Shown one piece after another: positions 49,871 to 63,040 of a stretch of 64,000 bases of DNA. Source of the stretch: Octopus bimaculoides (Eukaryota); the NCBI RefSeq assembly GCF_001194135.2, contig NC_068993.1:5660225-5724224 (forward strand), in the 5' to 3' direction. Position 1 is the stretch's first letter. The number at the start of each line of letters is the position of its first letter. A program made the position numbers and the translations under genes. Under the pieces are notes generated by a model. The model saw only the letters and a list, made by a program, of their open reading frames with translations, was not told where the DNA came from and searched no databases.

Positions 49871-51334
49871 CTTTTTTGGGGATTAATAATAGCAATAAGG
49901 AATTGTACGAAGACATGTTTTTATTTATTGAATTGTCAAACGTATTCAATGTCAAAATGTAATAAAAAAGAAGAACCCCCCCCCCAAAAAACAAACTATC
50001 GTTGCCGATGTTTTTCAAAAATTATTTTTCCCAGTTTTGAAAGTTTGGTGACGACGTCACTATTCAACAACACGGCTCACTTCTCTGATACATCAGATGT
50101 GCTGCGTTGAAAACAGAACTAAAAAATTCAGCTGTAACTCATTTGTCTCTTGACATAACTATAACACAGAAGAAACATGACATCTACCAACCAAACATCC
50201 TCGCCAATGATATTTAAGCTGATAGCTCTGGTTGCTTCATTACAAACTTTGTAGAAAAACCAAAATAATGGTGTGATCTTTCCTGCTTATTATTAACACC
50301 AAATGTTTTTTTTTTTTTGTTTTTTTTTGCCTTATTTCGAGTAGTGGGTGGTTTTGGAACGTTTATCATTGACATCGAATTTCAGAAATAAAATATACAT
50401 CTTAAAACAGGGCTATAGAAATGCTACAGTCTTTATCGTACTTAAAACATATCTGAAATATCACAGTTTTGTTTTTTTACGAAACTTTTTTTTTTACATA
50501 ACTAAAGCATAAGAGACTGGGGTGTTGTCAATTTAAATAAAACGCTGAGTATAACTAATAGTTAGTAGTTCGTAAGGAAACTCTCCTAATGTAAATATAA
50601 TCATTCATTGTTGGTTATATGCTGTATGCATTTAATTGTCACATTAAACATACTTGTATCATGCTGTCACGTCGCATGACAATGCAACTACTAGGAAATA
50701 GTGAAAAAATATAACGAAAACCCAAAACATAAACTCTCAAAGCTAAACAAAAAGTGCTACTAAGCACAACACAATCCGAAACATGTCAGAAAATAAAAAA
50801 ATCAGCCGACAGGGCAGTGTTTCTCTTTACAATGCTCCTACACAAATAAAAACGCGACAATCGATCTTCATAGTGACACACAGATCAGAATTCGATATCC
50901 AATAATCACCTTTATGTCTAAAAAGAAAATAAATAATAATAAAAGCTAAAACGTGGTGCTATATGTCAGAAGAAACAAAGTTCGGGAACAAATGGGAAAA
51001 ATAAACAACAGCGATAAGAGTCACGAAGCAACAATTCCATATTTCTCGCTATTTATTTTGGAGAAAGAAATAAATCTGTTTGTCGATCAAACGTCATTCG
51101 TCATTCATTCACATGACGAACGGGCTTGAAACGCAGGATGCCAATCTGGACTGAGGAAAAGTACAAATTCAAGCACACACACACACACACACACAATCAC
51201 AACCTATTATCGCCTAAAATAGTAAAATGTAAAAAAAAGCAGAACACAAAACGAAACAGCAGCAGCAACAATAACAACAACAACAACAAAAACAACAACA
51301 ACAGCAACAACAACAACAACAACAACAAAACGAT

Positions 51335-51558
51335 CCGTTGTACTACAGTCACAAGGACAAAGCCTGAAATTGTATGGGTGGGGCTGAATTAATTACATTG
51401 ACCCCAGTGCTTAACTGGTACTTATTTTATCGACCCTAAAAGGATGAAAAGTAAAGTCGACCGCGGCAGCATTTGACTCTAGGATTTAACAAGCCGGAAG
51501 AAATGGCGCTAAGCATTTTATCCGACTCGCTAACAATTTGGCTAATCTACTGTCCTGT
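51335..51558 (-). mobile_element. SINE family A copy (left arm of an inverted pair)
   Basis: TTGACCCCAGTGCTTAACTGGTACTTATTTTATCGACCC..AAGGATGAAAAGTAAAGTCGACC...GCTAAGCATTTT. Confidence 0.85.
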
Positions 51559-51604
51559 CAACACCAACAACAACTGCACATTATTATTATTATTATTATT
51601 ATAA

Positions 51605-51817
51605 GGTGGTGAGCTGGCAAAATCGTTAGCGCACCGGACAAGATGCTTAGCGGCATTTCGTCCGTCTTTACGCTCTGGGTTCAAAATCCACCGAAGTCGA
51701 CTTTACCATTCAACCTTTCGGGGTCGATAAATTAAGTACCAGTTACGTACTGGGATCGATGCCATCAACCATCCCCCTCCCCAGAAATTCCAGGTCTCGT
51801 GCCAATAGTAGAAAGGA
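51605..51817 (+). mobile_element. SINE family A copy (right arm of an inverted pair)
   Basis: GGTGGTGAGCTGGCAAAATCGTTAGC...GGTTCAAAATCC..GTCGACTTTACC..CGGGGTCGATAAATTAAGTACCAG...AGTAGAAAGGA, then (AAT)n and (AGT)n. Confidence 0.9.
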
Positions 51818-51819
51818 TT

Positions 51820-51836
51820 AATAATAATAATAATAA

Positions 51837-51904
<68 letters not shown>

Positions 51905-51915
51905 ATAATAATAAT
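51820..51915. repeat. Compound (AAT)n-(AGT)n microsatellite grown from a SINE tail
   Basis: Direct reading. Confidence 0.95.
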
Positions 51916-52911
51916 ATAAAGCAAATGATATTCAAACACAATTGTGTCTTTAAAGTCGGAGATTTATATTCATGAGGCTTCAAACAAGCTTAACCAGTCT
52001 GGTTTATATGAGGCACGGTGACAAACAGATGTCACTGTGTCGCCATATTTTTTCCTTATTGGCAGCCATTAACGTTTTGATAAATTGACGTTTGTGAGCG
52101 AAGCAACCGCTCGTTTGTTTCAAGGTGACTGAGGTTGAATAGTTGAAGTTTGTGGTATTATCTTTAATGTGTATTGATACCAATTACACAGCAACACTGT
52201 CAACATCATCATCAACAACAATAGTAACACTGTTGCTTACAACATCATCAACAACAGCAACGACAACAAGAATAACAACACCCACAACAGCGACTACAAA
52301 AGACTAAATTGCACAGACAAAGGCGGATAAAGAAGTGATCTTTGATAGAAAATGAATCTAAAATATGAGGGAAACAGACCGGTTGATTTCAGGTGACTGA
52401 GGTTGATTGGTTGTAAAATTGTGGTTTGGGCTTTCGAATAAGAAATAATTGTTATAAATGAGGTGACCCCTTGCCACCACAAAAAAAAAGGCACCCCACT
52501 CCACGCCAGATCAAAAACAAGCAAAGAATATGAATAATTTAAATAAATCACAGGAAAAAAGAAAAGAATAAACATAAACAAGTAAAAAGGGAGTAAAAGA
52601 AATCTCTTTTCCTGTTTGTGAACAGTAATTTAGTCTGGAAATTAAGAGGAAAAATATGTGAAATGAGTCAAACTTATGAATGAATACAATTGTTGTTGAT
52701 ATTGTTGTCGTTGTTGCTATTGTTTAGGTTTAGGTAACCTATGATTCAGTAAAGGACCTTCGTTTGTTTCGACGATGAGTATTCAATTGTGCAATTTCAA
52801 TCCGTTTGCAGAGAGCATAAATTAGCAGCCGGCGGGATTTGAAACCATAACGTAAAGCAGGGGTGTGACATGACTGAATATCACAGTCGTTTGTAACCGA
52901 CGCTCTAACGT

Positions 52912-52970
<59 letters not shown>

Positions 52971-55900
52971 CGTTAGTATACAAGCATACATACACACAGA
53001 TGCATATATGATACAGACGCAAACACACATACACACATAGACAGACACACACGCATACACACACATACACACCCACACATAAGCGCACACATACACATAC
53101 ACACAAAGTAACATACACGCACATATGCGTACACATCTCAGTTGTTTACAATAGTGATCAAATATGAATGAGGAAAAACATGGCTATTAATTTAAGGTAA
53201 TCGAGATTAAAATGATTGAAAATTGCTAAATATTGATATTGATGGAATATTTAGTAGAGATCGAATTATAGAAATAGGCAATATAAATAAAAATAAAAAA
53301 AAAGTAACTGCAGCTGCAAAAATATCAATAACAACCGGAAAACATTCGTATTAAAGAAGAAAAAAAAAATCAAAATTTAAGCATTATATTAATCTAATCT
53401 ATGTATGTGTGCGTTTGTGGGTGCGTTTGTGTGTGTGTGTCTGTGTGTGTGTGTGTGTCTGTGTGTGTGTGTGCGTGTGTGTGTGTGCCCGTTTGTGTGT
53501 GTGTGTGTAGTTCAAATTTCTAGATAAACAACGACGAAGACAGGTGTAGGAGCAACAAGCAAGTTTATTAGTTTGATGNNNNNNNNNNNNNNNNNNNNNN
53601 NNNNNNNNNNNNNNNNNNNNNNNNNNNNNNNNNNNNNNNNNNNNNNNNNNNNNNNNNNNNNNNNNNNNNNNNNNNNNNNNNNNNNNNNNNNNNNNNNNNN
53701 NNNNNNNNNNNNNNNNNNNNNNNNNNNNNNNNNNNNNNNNNNNNNNNNNNNNNNNNNNNNNNNNNNNNNNNNNNNNNNNNNNNNNNNNNNNNNNNNNNNN
53801 NNNNNNNNNNNNNNNNNNNNNNNNNNNNNNNNNNNNNNNNNNNNNNNNNNNNNNNNNNNNNNNNNNNNNNNNNNNNNNNNNNNNNNNNNNNNNNNNNNNN
53901 NNNNNNNNNNNNNNNNNNNNNNNNNNNNNNNNNNNNNNNNNNNNNNNNNNNNNNNNNNNNNNNNNNNNNNNNNNNNNNNNNNNNNNNNNNNNNNNNNNNN
54001 NNNNNNNNNNNNNNNNNNNNNNNNNNNNNNNNNNNNNNNNNNNNNNNNNNNNNNNNNNNNNNNNNNNNNNNNNNNNNNNNNNNNNNNNNNNNNNNNNNNN
54101 NNNNNNNNNNNNNNNNNNNNNNNNNNNNNNNNNNNNNNNNNNNNNNNNNNNNNNNNNNNNNNNNNNNNNNNNNNNNNNNNNNNNNNNNNNNNNNNNNNNN
54201 NNNNNNNNNNNNNNNNNNNNNNNNNNNNNNNNNNNNNNNNNNNNNNNNNNNNNNNNNNNNNNNNNNNNNNNNNNNNNNNNNNNNNNNNNNNNNNNNNNNN
54301 NNNNNNNNNNNNNNNNNNNNNNNNNNNNNNNNNNNNNNNNNNNNNNNNNNNNNNNNNNNNNNNNNNNNNNNNNNNNNNNNNNNNNNNNNNNNNNNNNNNN
54401 NNNNNNNNNNNNNNNNNNNNNNNNNNNNNNNNNNNNNNNNNNNAAACAAACACGAAAAAGAATAAACTGCAAAAGCGGCGACGTTTGTTTTTGTGCTGTT
54501 GTAGTTTTTGTTGTCGTTTTGATATTTTGATGTAAGTCATGAATGACGACATCTTGATTGATCTGGTGGCGGTGGCGATGATGATGGCGGCGGTGGTGGT
54601 GGTGGTGGTGGTGGTGGCGTTAGTGGTGGTGGTTGTGGTGGTGGTAGCGGTGAAGAGCCATGGTAAGAGATTTGGTGATGGTGATGCTGGTTGACTGGGA
54701 AGAGTAAACTATGCATATATATACACACATACGCTTATATAGACACATATATACACACATGCCAACGTACATCCATCCTCCTTTCTATCCATCCATATAT
54801 ATATATATATATATATATGCATGTATATATATGCATATATACATGCATGCATCCATACGTACATACATGCATACATACACATACATATATATATACATAT
54901 AAACATATAATGATATATATATACATATATACACACACGTATATATATATATATATATATANNNNNNNNNNAGAGAGAGAGAGAGAGGGAGGGAGAGAGA
55001 GGAGGTGGTATACCATAGAAGAGAGAGAGGGGAGGAAGAGGTGGTTGTGGTCATGATGGCGGAAAGAGCGGGAGTAAATCAATTGAAATGAGCAGCTTCT
55101 ACCTTCATGGTCTATTGATCGAAGGATTTAGAGATCGATTTATTCAGTGGTGGCCAGTGCCGCCCACCATCTCTTACCGTTCGCAACCATGACAACTGTT
55201 GTAGTTGATTCTGTTCAAAGGACAAAGAACGTGAGCGCATGCGTGTGTCTACACACACATACATGCATACAGGTATACATTCTGATACACATACAGAGAT
55301 ATAGTGACAGACATACAGACACAAAAGAATACACACACTTATACATACACTCTTATATACACGCATAGATACATATAAGCATACATACGTACTTATATAG
55401 TCATATAGATATATATATATATATATATTTAGGCACATGCACACACGTATGTAGATAGACACCTAGCATGACATATAGTCAGACGCACACACACACACAC
55501 ACACAGACACACTCATACAAACACACACAACTCCATGAACACCCATATTCATATATATATATATATATACAATGTTAATTCTCTAAATGAAGTATTAACA
55601 GTAACTGCACGATAAAGTGTAGTATATTGCCACTTAAGTGTGGCTGACCCCTAGGGGTGGATGTTACTGTTGCTTTTAGCCCCAGGAGGACATCTCCTCC
55701 AGCTGGCTTATCGACACACGACTGTGTCCTGTTTGNNNNNNNNNNNNNNNNNNNNNNNNNNNNNNNNNNNNNNNNNNNNNNNNNNNNNNNNNNNNNNNNN
55801 NNNNNNNNNNNNNNNNNNNNNNNNNNNNNNNNNNNNNNNNNNNNNNNNNNNNNNNNNNNNNNNNNNNNNNNNNNNNNNNNNNNNNNNNNNNNNNNNNNNN

Positions 55901-56711
55901 NNNNNNNNNNNNNNNNNNNNNNNNNNNNNNNNNNNNNNNNNNNNNNNNNNNNNNNNNNNNNNNNNNNNNNNNNNNNNNNNNNNNNNNNNNNNNNNNNNNN
56001 NNNNNNNNNNNNNNNNNNNNNNNNNNNNNNNNNNNNNNNNNNNNNNNNNNNNNNNNNNNNNNNNNNNNNNNNNNNNNNNNNNNNNNNNNNNNNNNNNNNN
56101 NNNNNNNNNNNNNNNNNNNNNNNNNNNNNNNNNNNNNNNNNNNNNNNNNNNNNNNNNNNNNNNNNNNNNNNNNNNNNNNNNNNNNNNNNNNNNNNNNNNN
56201 NNNNNNNNNNNNNNNNNNNNNNNNNNNNNNNNNNNNNNNNNNNNNNNNNNNNNNNNNNNNNNNNNNNNNNNNNNNNNNNNNNNNNNNNNNNNNNNNNNNN
56301 NNNNNNNNNNNNNNNNNNNNNNNNNNNNNNNNNNNNNNNNNNNNNNNNNNNNNNNNNNNNNNNNNNNNNNNNNNNNNNNNNNNNNNNNNNNNNNNNNNNN
56401 NNNNNNNNNNNNNNNNNNNNNNNNNNNNNNNNNNNNNNNNNNNNNNNNNNNNNNNNNNNNNNNNNNNNNNNNNNNNNNNNNNNNNNNNNNNNNNNNNNNN
56501 NNNNNNNNNNNNNNNNNNNNNNNNNNNNNNNNNNNNNNNNNNNNNNNNNAAATATATATATATACAAATATATATATATACAAATATATATATATATATA
56601 TAAACACACACACACACATAAATATATATATACATAAACATACATATATATATATACACACACACATATCTATATATACACACACACATATCTATATATA
56701 CATATATGTAT

Positions 56712-57250
56712 ATATAACTTTGATAACTTTGATAGGTTTCCGCTAGTATAGGCTCAGGCCATGTCTAACCTAACAGCACCACCTGGTGAAGTCTTTTAGT
56801 CATATATGGGGCACCATGGCCCACTCTTGCAAAGAGTTATTATTGTTGGAGACATATCCGAGTGTAGGAGGTTGGTCTTGGATTTTTTGAAGAAATTTGT
56901 CCAGTGAACATTTGAATTTTATGGGATCCGTTTCCGTTCTGACGTATTTTGGTGTGGTATTAAAGAGAGCTGGNNNNNNNNNNTTCCGTTCTGACGTATT
57001 TTGGTGTGGTATTAAAGAGAGCTGGACCGGTTGAGGTAAAGTAATTGTGACATAATGTTGCTATGTGTACCGAGTTCATTTTTTGTAGTGGGTAGATAGC
57101 ACAGGGACCAAGTGCTGGATGGATTTTAGAATTGATGCCTACATCATTTGTGCAATATTGATGGAATATTTCCCACTTCATACAAATGAGGTAGCGCTCC
57201 TGGCGGCGTTAGGGAGAGTAGAGATGTTTCAGATGTTTATCAACCCCTTG
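56712..57250 (-). mobile_element. CR1/L2-type LINE 3' end (ORF2 C-terminus, 3' UTR, short tandem tail)
   Basis: LKHLYSP*RRQERYLICMKWEIF...FTSTGPALFNTTPKYVRTETDPIKFKCSLDKFLQKIQDQPPTLGYVSNNNNSLQEWA matches LYSL.RRRERY...GP.LFN.LP..IR...FK..LDKFL..IPDQP. It ends in (ATCAAAGTT)2. Confidence 0.88.
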
Positions 57251-57251
57251 A

Positions 57252-58080
57252 GTAGTCACGTAGGCCGCCCCTCCGACCTCTTTACAAACCCCCTGATCTA
57301 AACAATTCATTGCCATTTTATATTGAATTTTATGGTTCTGTGACTTCTTTAAACATTGCGTAAATAGTTCCATCTATCATCGCAGACATACGAAGTTAAT
57401 AGTTCTTTTCACATTTAAGAATGATATTCTGAAACAGAAGTGTTTAGATACTTTAGGACTGGAAGTGTATATTCTTGAAATAATTTTACCGAAATCACGA
57501 ATTCCTGGTTTCCACAATGTAGTCTTCTGATATAGAAGAGACAAATATATCGAGCCTCGCTCTCGTGCGTTTTGTTGACTAACCACACTTTCGAGTACGC
57601 ACTTTTGCCTCTCATGTCTGATGTTTGCCTCTCATTTCCTTTACTGAACTATAAGCTCTGTTCTTTTCTGAATCAACTTCCATCCATAAAACTGCTTATG
57701 ATTTGTCATGCATTTTGATTTCTAAAAGTCACCACCTCCCTTCAGGAATACTAATATGTCTGGCATTTAATAAGTATAGCGAGAGCTCATCAGTTTCTCG
57801 GTCAATATTTCGTAAATGCATTGCCACAAGGATCGTGAATCATATATTTCTTAATAGTTTCATGAAGTGTTTATTTGTTCACAATATGGATCATATATTT
57901 CTGTGCACGCTACATCACCTATTTTGTCCGGGTCATAAAATTCACCATTTTCATCCAAAACTTTCAGAATTAAAGCATGAGGTAATTCTCACTTTTGGAA
58001 TTCGTTAGATCAGCAATTGAATTTAACACTTACCAAAATATTATTTTCCAGAATATCGTTCAATAATTTTGTTAATTCTA
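57252..58080 (-). mobile_element. Internally deleted, degenerate Helitron (Rep relic plus probable 3' terminus)
   Basis: EFQK*ELPHALIL (from 58003; HUH motif EFQKRGLPHAH), KKYMIHDPCG, ARHISIPEGRW*LLEIKMHDKS and WKPGIRDFGKIISRIYTSSPK...FRISFLNVKRTINF..DGTIYAMFKEV are all Helitron Rep blocks. Hairpin 57262-57279 is followed by CTAC|T. Confidence 0.9.
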
Positions 58081-58153
58081 TTTTGTTTGTGTGGTTAAGA
58101 ATAGAGAGAGAATGAAAAAAAAAACCTTGTTTAGTTCAGTGGCTCAACATGGA

Positions 58154-58196
<43 letters not shown>

Positions 58197-58888
58197 AGCA
58201 CACATTATTTCTGATTTATACACATATTAAATACACTTGAATATCTAGTGCAGCTGTTTGTATATTCTGTTAAAAGTCGTTTTCTACACAATGGACATCA
58301 AACCAAAACCACACAATTTATATTAACGATTTTAATGACAGTATTAAGGAAGAAGAACCAAAGAAATCTTTATGTGCACTTTTCTCACAATTTGGTCAAA
58401 TTCTTGATATTGTTGTCTTAAAAACTTTGAAATGTCGAGGATAAACTTTTGTGATCTTTAAAGGATTTTTTAAAAGACGTACAAACACATACATCCTTGC
58501 ATGTCACACTCACATACGCATAAGAATGTGAGTTGGTCTAGTAATTACAGCGCTGGACGCTTTAGTAATTACAGCACCTTGCACGTTTTCAGTCTGCTCT
58601 TCACATTCTGTGTTCAATTCCCGCTGACTTCTCTTTTTTGTCTCACGTCATTGTGGGGGGTCAATGAAATATAGCAATGAATTGATGGAATGGTTTGATA
58701 GTTTAAAAACTGGAGACAAATGTTTTGGGCGACTTTTTCTTGCTCTTCACATTGTAAACCAGACAGGTGTGGTGTACTTGTCTAGATTTGGCTGATATGA
58801 GGTCAACCAACGGAATATTTCATGACAAGCACAATAGCGTTTGACAAAGACGTCACCGGGGGGCCGCTCATCGACACATACATACATG

Positions 58889-58919
<31 letters not shown>

Positions 58920-59083
58920 ACACACACACACATTGTATATATATTATGGTATAGCAAAAAATACATACGCATATTTACGAGTTATTTTACTTCTTGGCTT
59001 GCCAACATTTAAAGTCTATTTTTATGCTGGAAAACTTGACGTTTGCAACACATGATGCATACATGATATATACGCACACACAC

Positions 59084-59142
<59 letters not shown>

Positions 59143-59321
59143 CATATAACTATATAAACACGCACATTTATATGTACATCTTTCTATCTATGAATACACG
59201 TATCATGGCTCTAATATACACTTAAACCCTGTAAGACAAATCTTCTGTGTGTTTTTCATCTTTTCACATGATGCATACATGATATATATGCACACACACA
59301 CACACACATCCCCCGACAAAA

Positions 59322-59352
<31 letters not shown>

Positions 59353-60268
59353 CACACAAGTACGTACTCTTCAACTTAGATGCACAGACATTTATCAACA
59401 AAACCAAAGACCAACCGCGTGTCTTTCTTTACACACAGAGCATTTCCCTTTCTACCTTTCTTTCTTTCTTTCTTTCTTTCTTTCTCTCCTTTTTTCTTCT
59501 TTGTCGCTTTGTCTCTTTATTTCTTTTATAAATCCTGCCTCTCCCCTCTCCCAACTCCCCACATTCTGCTCCCCCTTGCACTTAGTCAACCTCTTCAACT
59601 CTGAAATATCAACGAGAATCTTTATAATTAAAATAAATGCCTTATATACAAACTTGACAGTCTCTAAACACACACCTACTGTATATACGCGCACAAACAC
59701 ACACATATATATATACGTACATATACGCATACATACATATATACATACATATATACATGCATAACATACATATGTATATATAGATGTATATACATTATAT
59801 ATGAATATACATATATAAACGCACATACATGCATACATACATACATACATACATACATGCATACATACATATATATACATACGCACATACATATATGTAG
59901 ATATATATGTGTATATATATGCATATATATGTATATATGTTTACATACATACACACATACATACATACATATTTACACAAATATATATGTGTGTGTTTAT
60001 ATGTATGTATGTATTATATTTCGATGTTTGTATGTACGTACGTATGTATATATTATCTATGTATGCATGTGTGAAAGCGCGTATGAATGAAGGCATGTAT
60101 CATAGTAATCAAGATCATGACCATTGCCATCGTCATCGTGTCTATGATTGGGCGCATGTCTGATCTGATGGTGAGTTTCTATATAGGTTTGGGTGTTTAT
60201 AATGTTTCTCTGTGTGTGTGTATNNNNNNNNNNTATATATATGTATGTATGTATATTGTATATATCGG

Positions 60269-60344
60269 CGACGGGGCAATGGCTCACTGATGAAGATTGA
60301 TTAGATCTAAAATCAACGTTGATATAACTCCATCTTGCTTGTCG
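60269..60344 (+). ncRNA. Degenerate type I hammerhead ribozyme fold (G12 to A, probably inactive)
   Basis: CTGATGA 60287-60293; helix II AGAT/ATCT; AAAA in place of GAAA at 60309-60312; palindromic helix III ATCAAC/GTTGAT; cleavage triplet AUA; flanks pair to form helix I. Confidence 0.6.
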
Positions 60345-60618
60345 TAGGGAGGGAGCCTGTCTCCTTTGTCAGCCGTTAGAAACGTGGTCTCACGTGACTA
60401 AGATTTGCTTTGACTCTTACGTCTGGCAATGCTGGAGCTCACTAGCACCCTCCGTCACTTTAGTGACCACTGTACTTCTTGCCTATCAGTTTTAAATTGC
60501 GAATAGCCACTTTAATAATATATATATATATACATATATCCATCTATCTATCTATCTATCTATCTACATGTCTGTGTGTGTGTTTGCGTGTGCGTGTGTG
60601 TGTCTGCGTGTGTGTCTC

Positions 60619-60663
<45 letters not shown>

Positions 60664-60975
60664 ATAGATGCAGTGTTTATATAATGAAATAGAATCTTGT
60701 CTGGAACTAAGCTGGTTGACTGAATCAATTTGCTTTCCTGCTAAAACAATCAAGAATCGAACTTGTTGCAACTTGTCCAAAGTCATCAAGTGGTATTAGC
60801 ATTTTTCTTTCACTCTATTCTTCTGCCTATTTCTTGAAAGACACACACTCACACACGCATACACACATACACACACACACATACATACACACACACATAC
60901 ACACACATATGTTCAGGCAAAAATACACATATACATACACAAATTCATTGTGATCTGCATCTCATGCACAGACGT

Positions 60976-61008
<33 letters not shown>

Positions 61009-61176
61009 GCGTGTACACGAACACACAAGTATGCACACATACAGATATAAACATACACGCATATGCATAGATACAGACATACGATTACGCATGCACAAAC
61101 AGTCATACATGTATACAAATATATAAAAGATTTATACACACACACATATATACGCTTAAGCGCACATATACGCGCA

Positions 61177-61241
<65 letters not shown>

Positions 61242-61723
61242 NNNNNNNNNNNNNNNNNNNNNNNNNNNNNNNNNNNNNNNNNNNNNNNNNNNNNNNNNNN
61301 NNNNNNNNNNNNNNNNNNNNNNNNNNNNNNNNNNNNNNNNNNNNNNNNNNNNNNNNNNNNNNNNNNNNNNNNNNNNNNNNNNNNNNNNNNNNNNNNNNNN
61401 NNNNNNNNNNNNNNNNNNNNNNNNNNNNNNNNNNNNNNNNNNNNNNNNNNNNNNNNNNNNNNNNNNNNNNNNNNNNNNNNNNNNNNNNNNNNNNNNNNNN
61501 NNNNNNNNNNNNNNNNNNNNNNNNNNNNNNNNNNNNNNNNNNNNNNNNNNNNNNNNNNNNNNNNNNNNNNNNNNNNNNNNNNNNNNNNNNNNNNNNNNNN
61601 NNNNNNNNNNNNNNNNNNNNNNNNNNNNNNNNNNNNNNNNNNNNNNNNNNNNNNNNNNNNNNNNNNNNNNNNNNNNNNNNNNNNNNNNNNNNNNNNNNNN
61701 NNNNNNNNNNNNNNNNNNNNNNN

Positions 61724-61771
<48 letters not shown>

Positions 61772-62622
61772 ATTGTGTACAAGCGTATGCATACACATAT
61801 CCATGCATACACACATACATGCATACACATACATACACGCACACACATAATTTCTGTCCATTGTCACCGCCATTTTATCTGGGTGTCGTCCATTATACAT
61901 CAAACTGGCGGCAAATGTCAACCTCTATACCAGCTTCTCGCTTTGTCGATTTATGCTTGCTCGGCAGGCTATCAGCTCCATTGACAGTTTCGGTGCTCCA
62001 TCGATCAAAACCTATGGCAAAATCCAACACTAACAATCTTTTCTCCTCAACGAATGTCTCTTCACCTCCTATTCACCCCCGCTTCTTACACTATCTCTTT
62101 CACCCCTCTCTATCTCATTCCTCTTTCTTTTTCTTTATCTCCCTCAACTCTTCCTCCCCGACGTTCTTTCTTTCTCCTCTTCTTTCTCTTTATTTATGTC
62201 ACCTCTTTTTCTCGCTACAATTCTGCACCATTCAACTACACGAGTTTCCAGCTGGTTAACTTCCGTTTCTCATAGTCCTCAACACTAAATCTTTCTTTCT
62301 TTGACACACGCAAAATATTCTTTAGTTCTTTGAGTTCTTTGGGTCGTTTAGCCACGATCTAGGCTATGTGTGTACGTGTGTACGTACGCACGTTTGTATG
62401 CATGTATGTATGTATGTATGTATGTTGTATGCATGTATGTATGCATGTGTGTGTGTGTATGTATGTGTGATTGTATGTATGCACGCACGTATGTATGTAT
62501 GCATGCATTTATGTATGCAAGCATGCATGGAGTTATCTATGTATATATGTATGTGTATATATGTGTGTATGTATGTGTTCATATGAATGTGTGAGTATGA
62601 ATGTGTGTATATGTGTGTGAGT

Positions 62623-62992
62623 ATGTATGTGCATAAGTATGGGTGTATGTATGTGTGTATGTATGTATGAATGCATGAATCTTTGTAGGTGTATATTTGC
62701 GTATGTATATGTATGTACGCATGTGTATGTATCTATGTATGAATATATATTTAGTATACACATATGTTTATATCTATATTTGTGTGCATACATGTAATGG
62801 TATTNNNNNNNNNNATGTATGTGCATAAGTATGGGTGTATGTATGTGTGTATGTATGTATGAATGCATGAATCTTTGTAGGTGTATATTTGCGTATGTAT
62901 ATGTATGTACGCATGTGTATGTATCTATGTATGAATATATATTTAGTATACACATATGTTTATATCTATATTTGTGTGCATACATGTAATGG

Positions 62993-62996
<4 letters not shown>
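62623..62996. other. Assembly artefact: 182-bp sequence duplicated either side of a 10-N gap
   Basis: 62623-62804 is repeated at 62815-62996. The same pattern occurs at 56932-56973 / 56984-57025. Confidence 0.8.
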
Positions 62997-63040
<44 letters not shown>

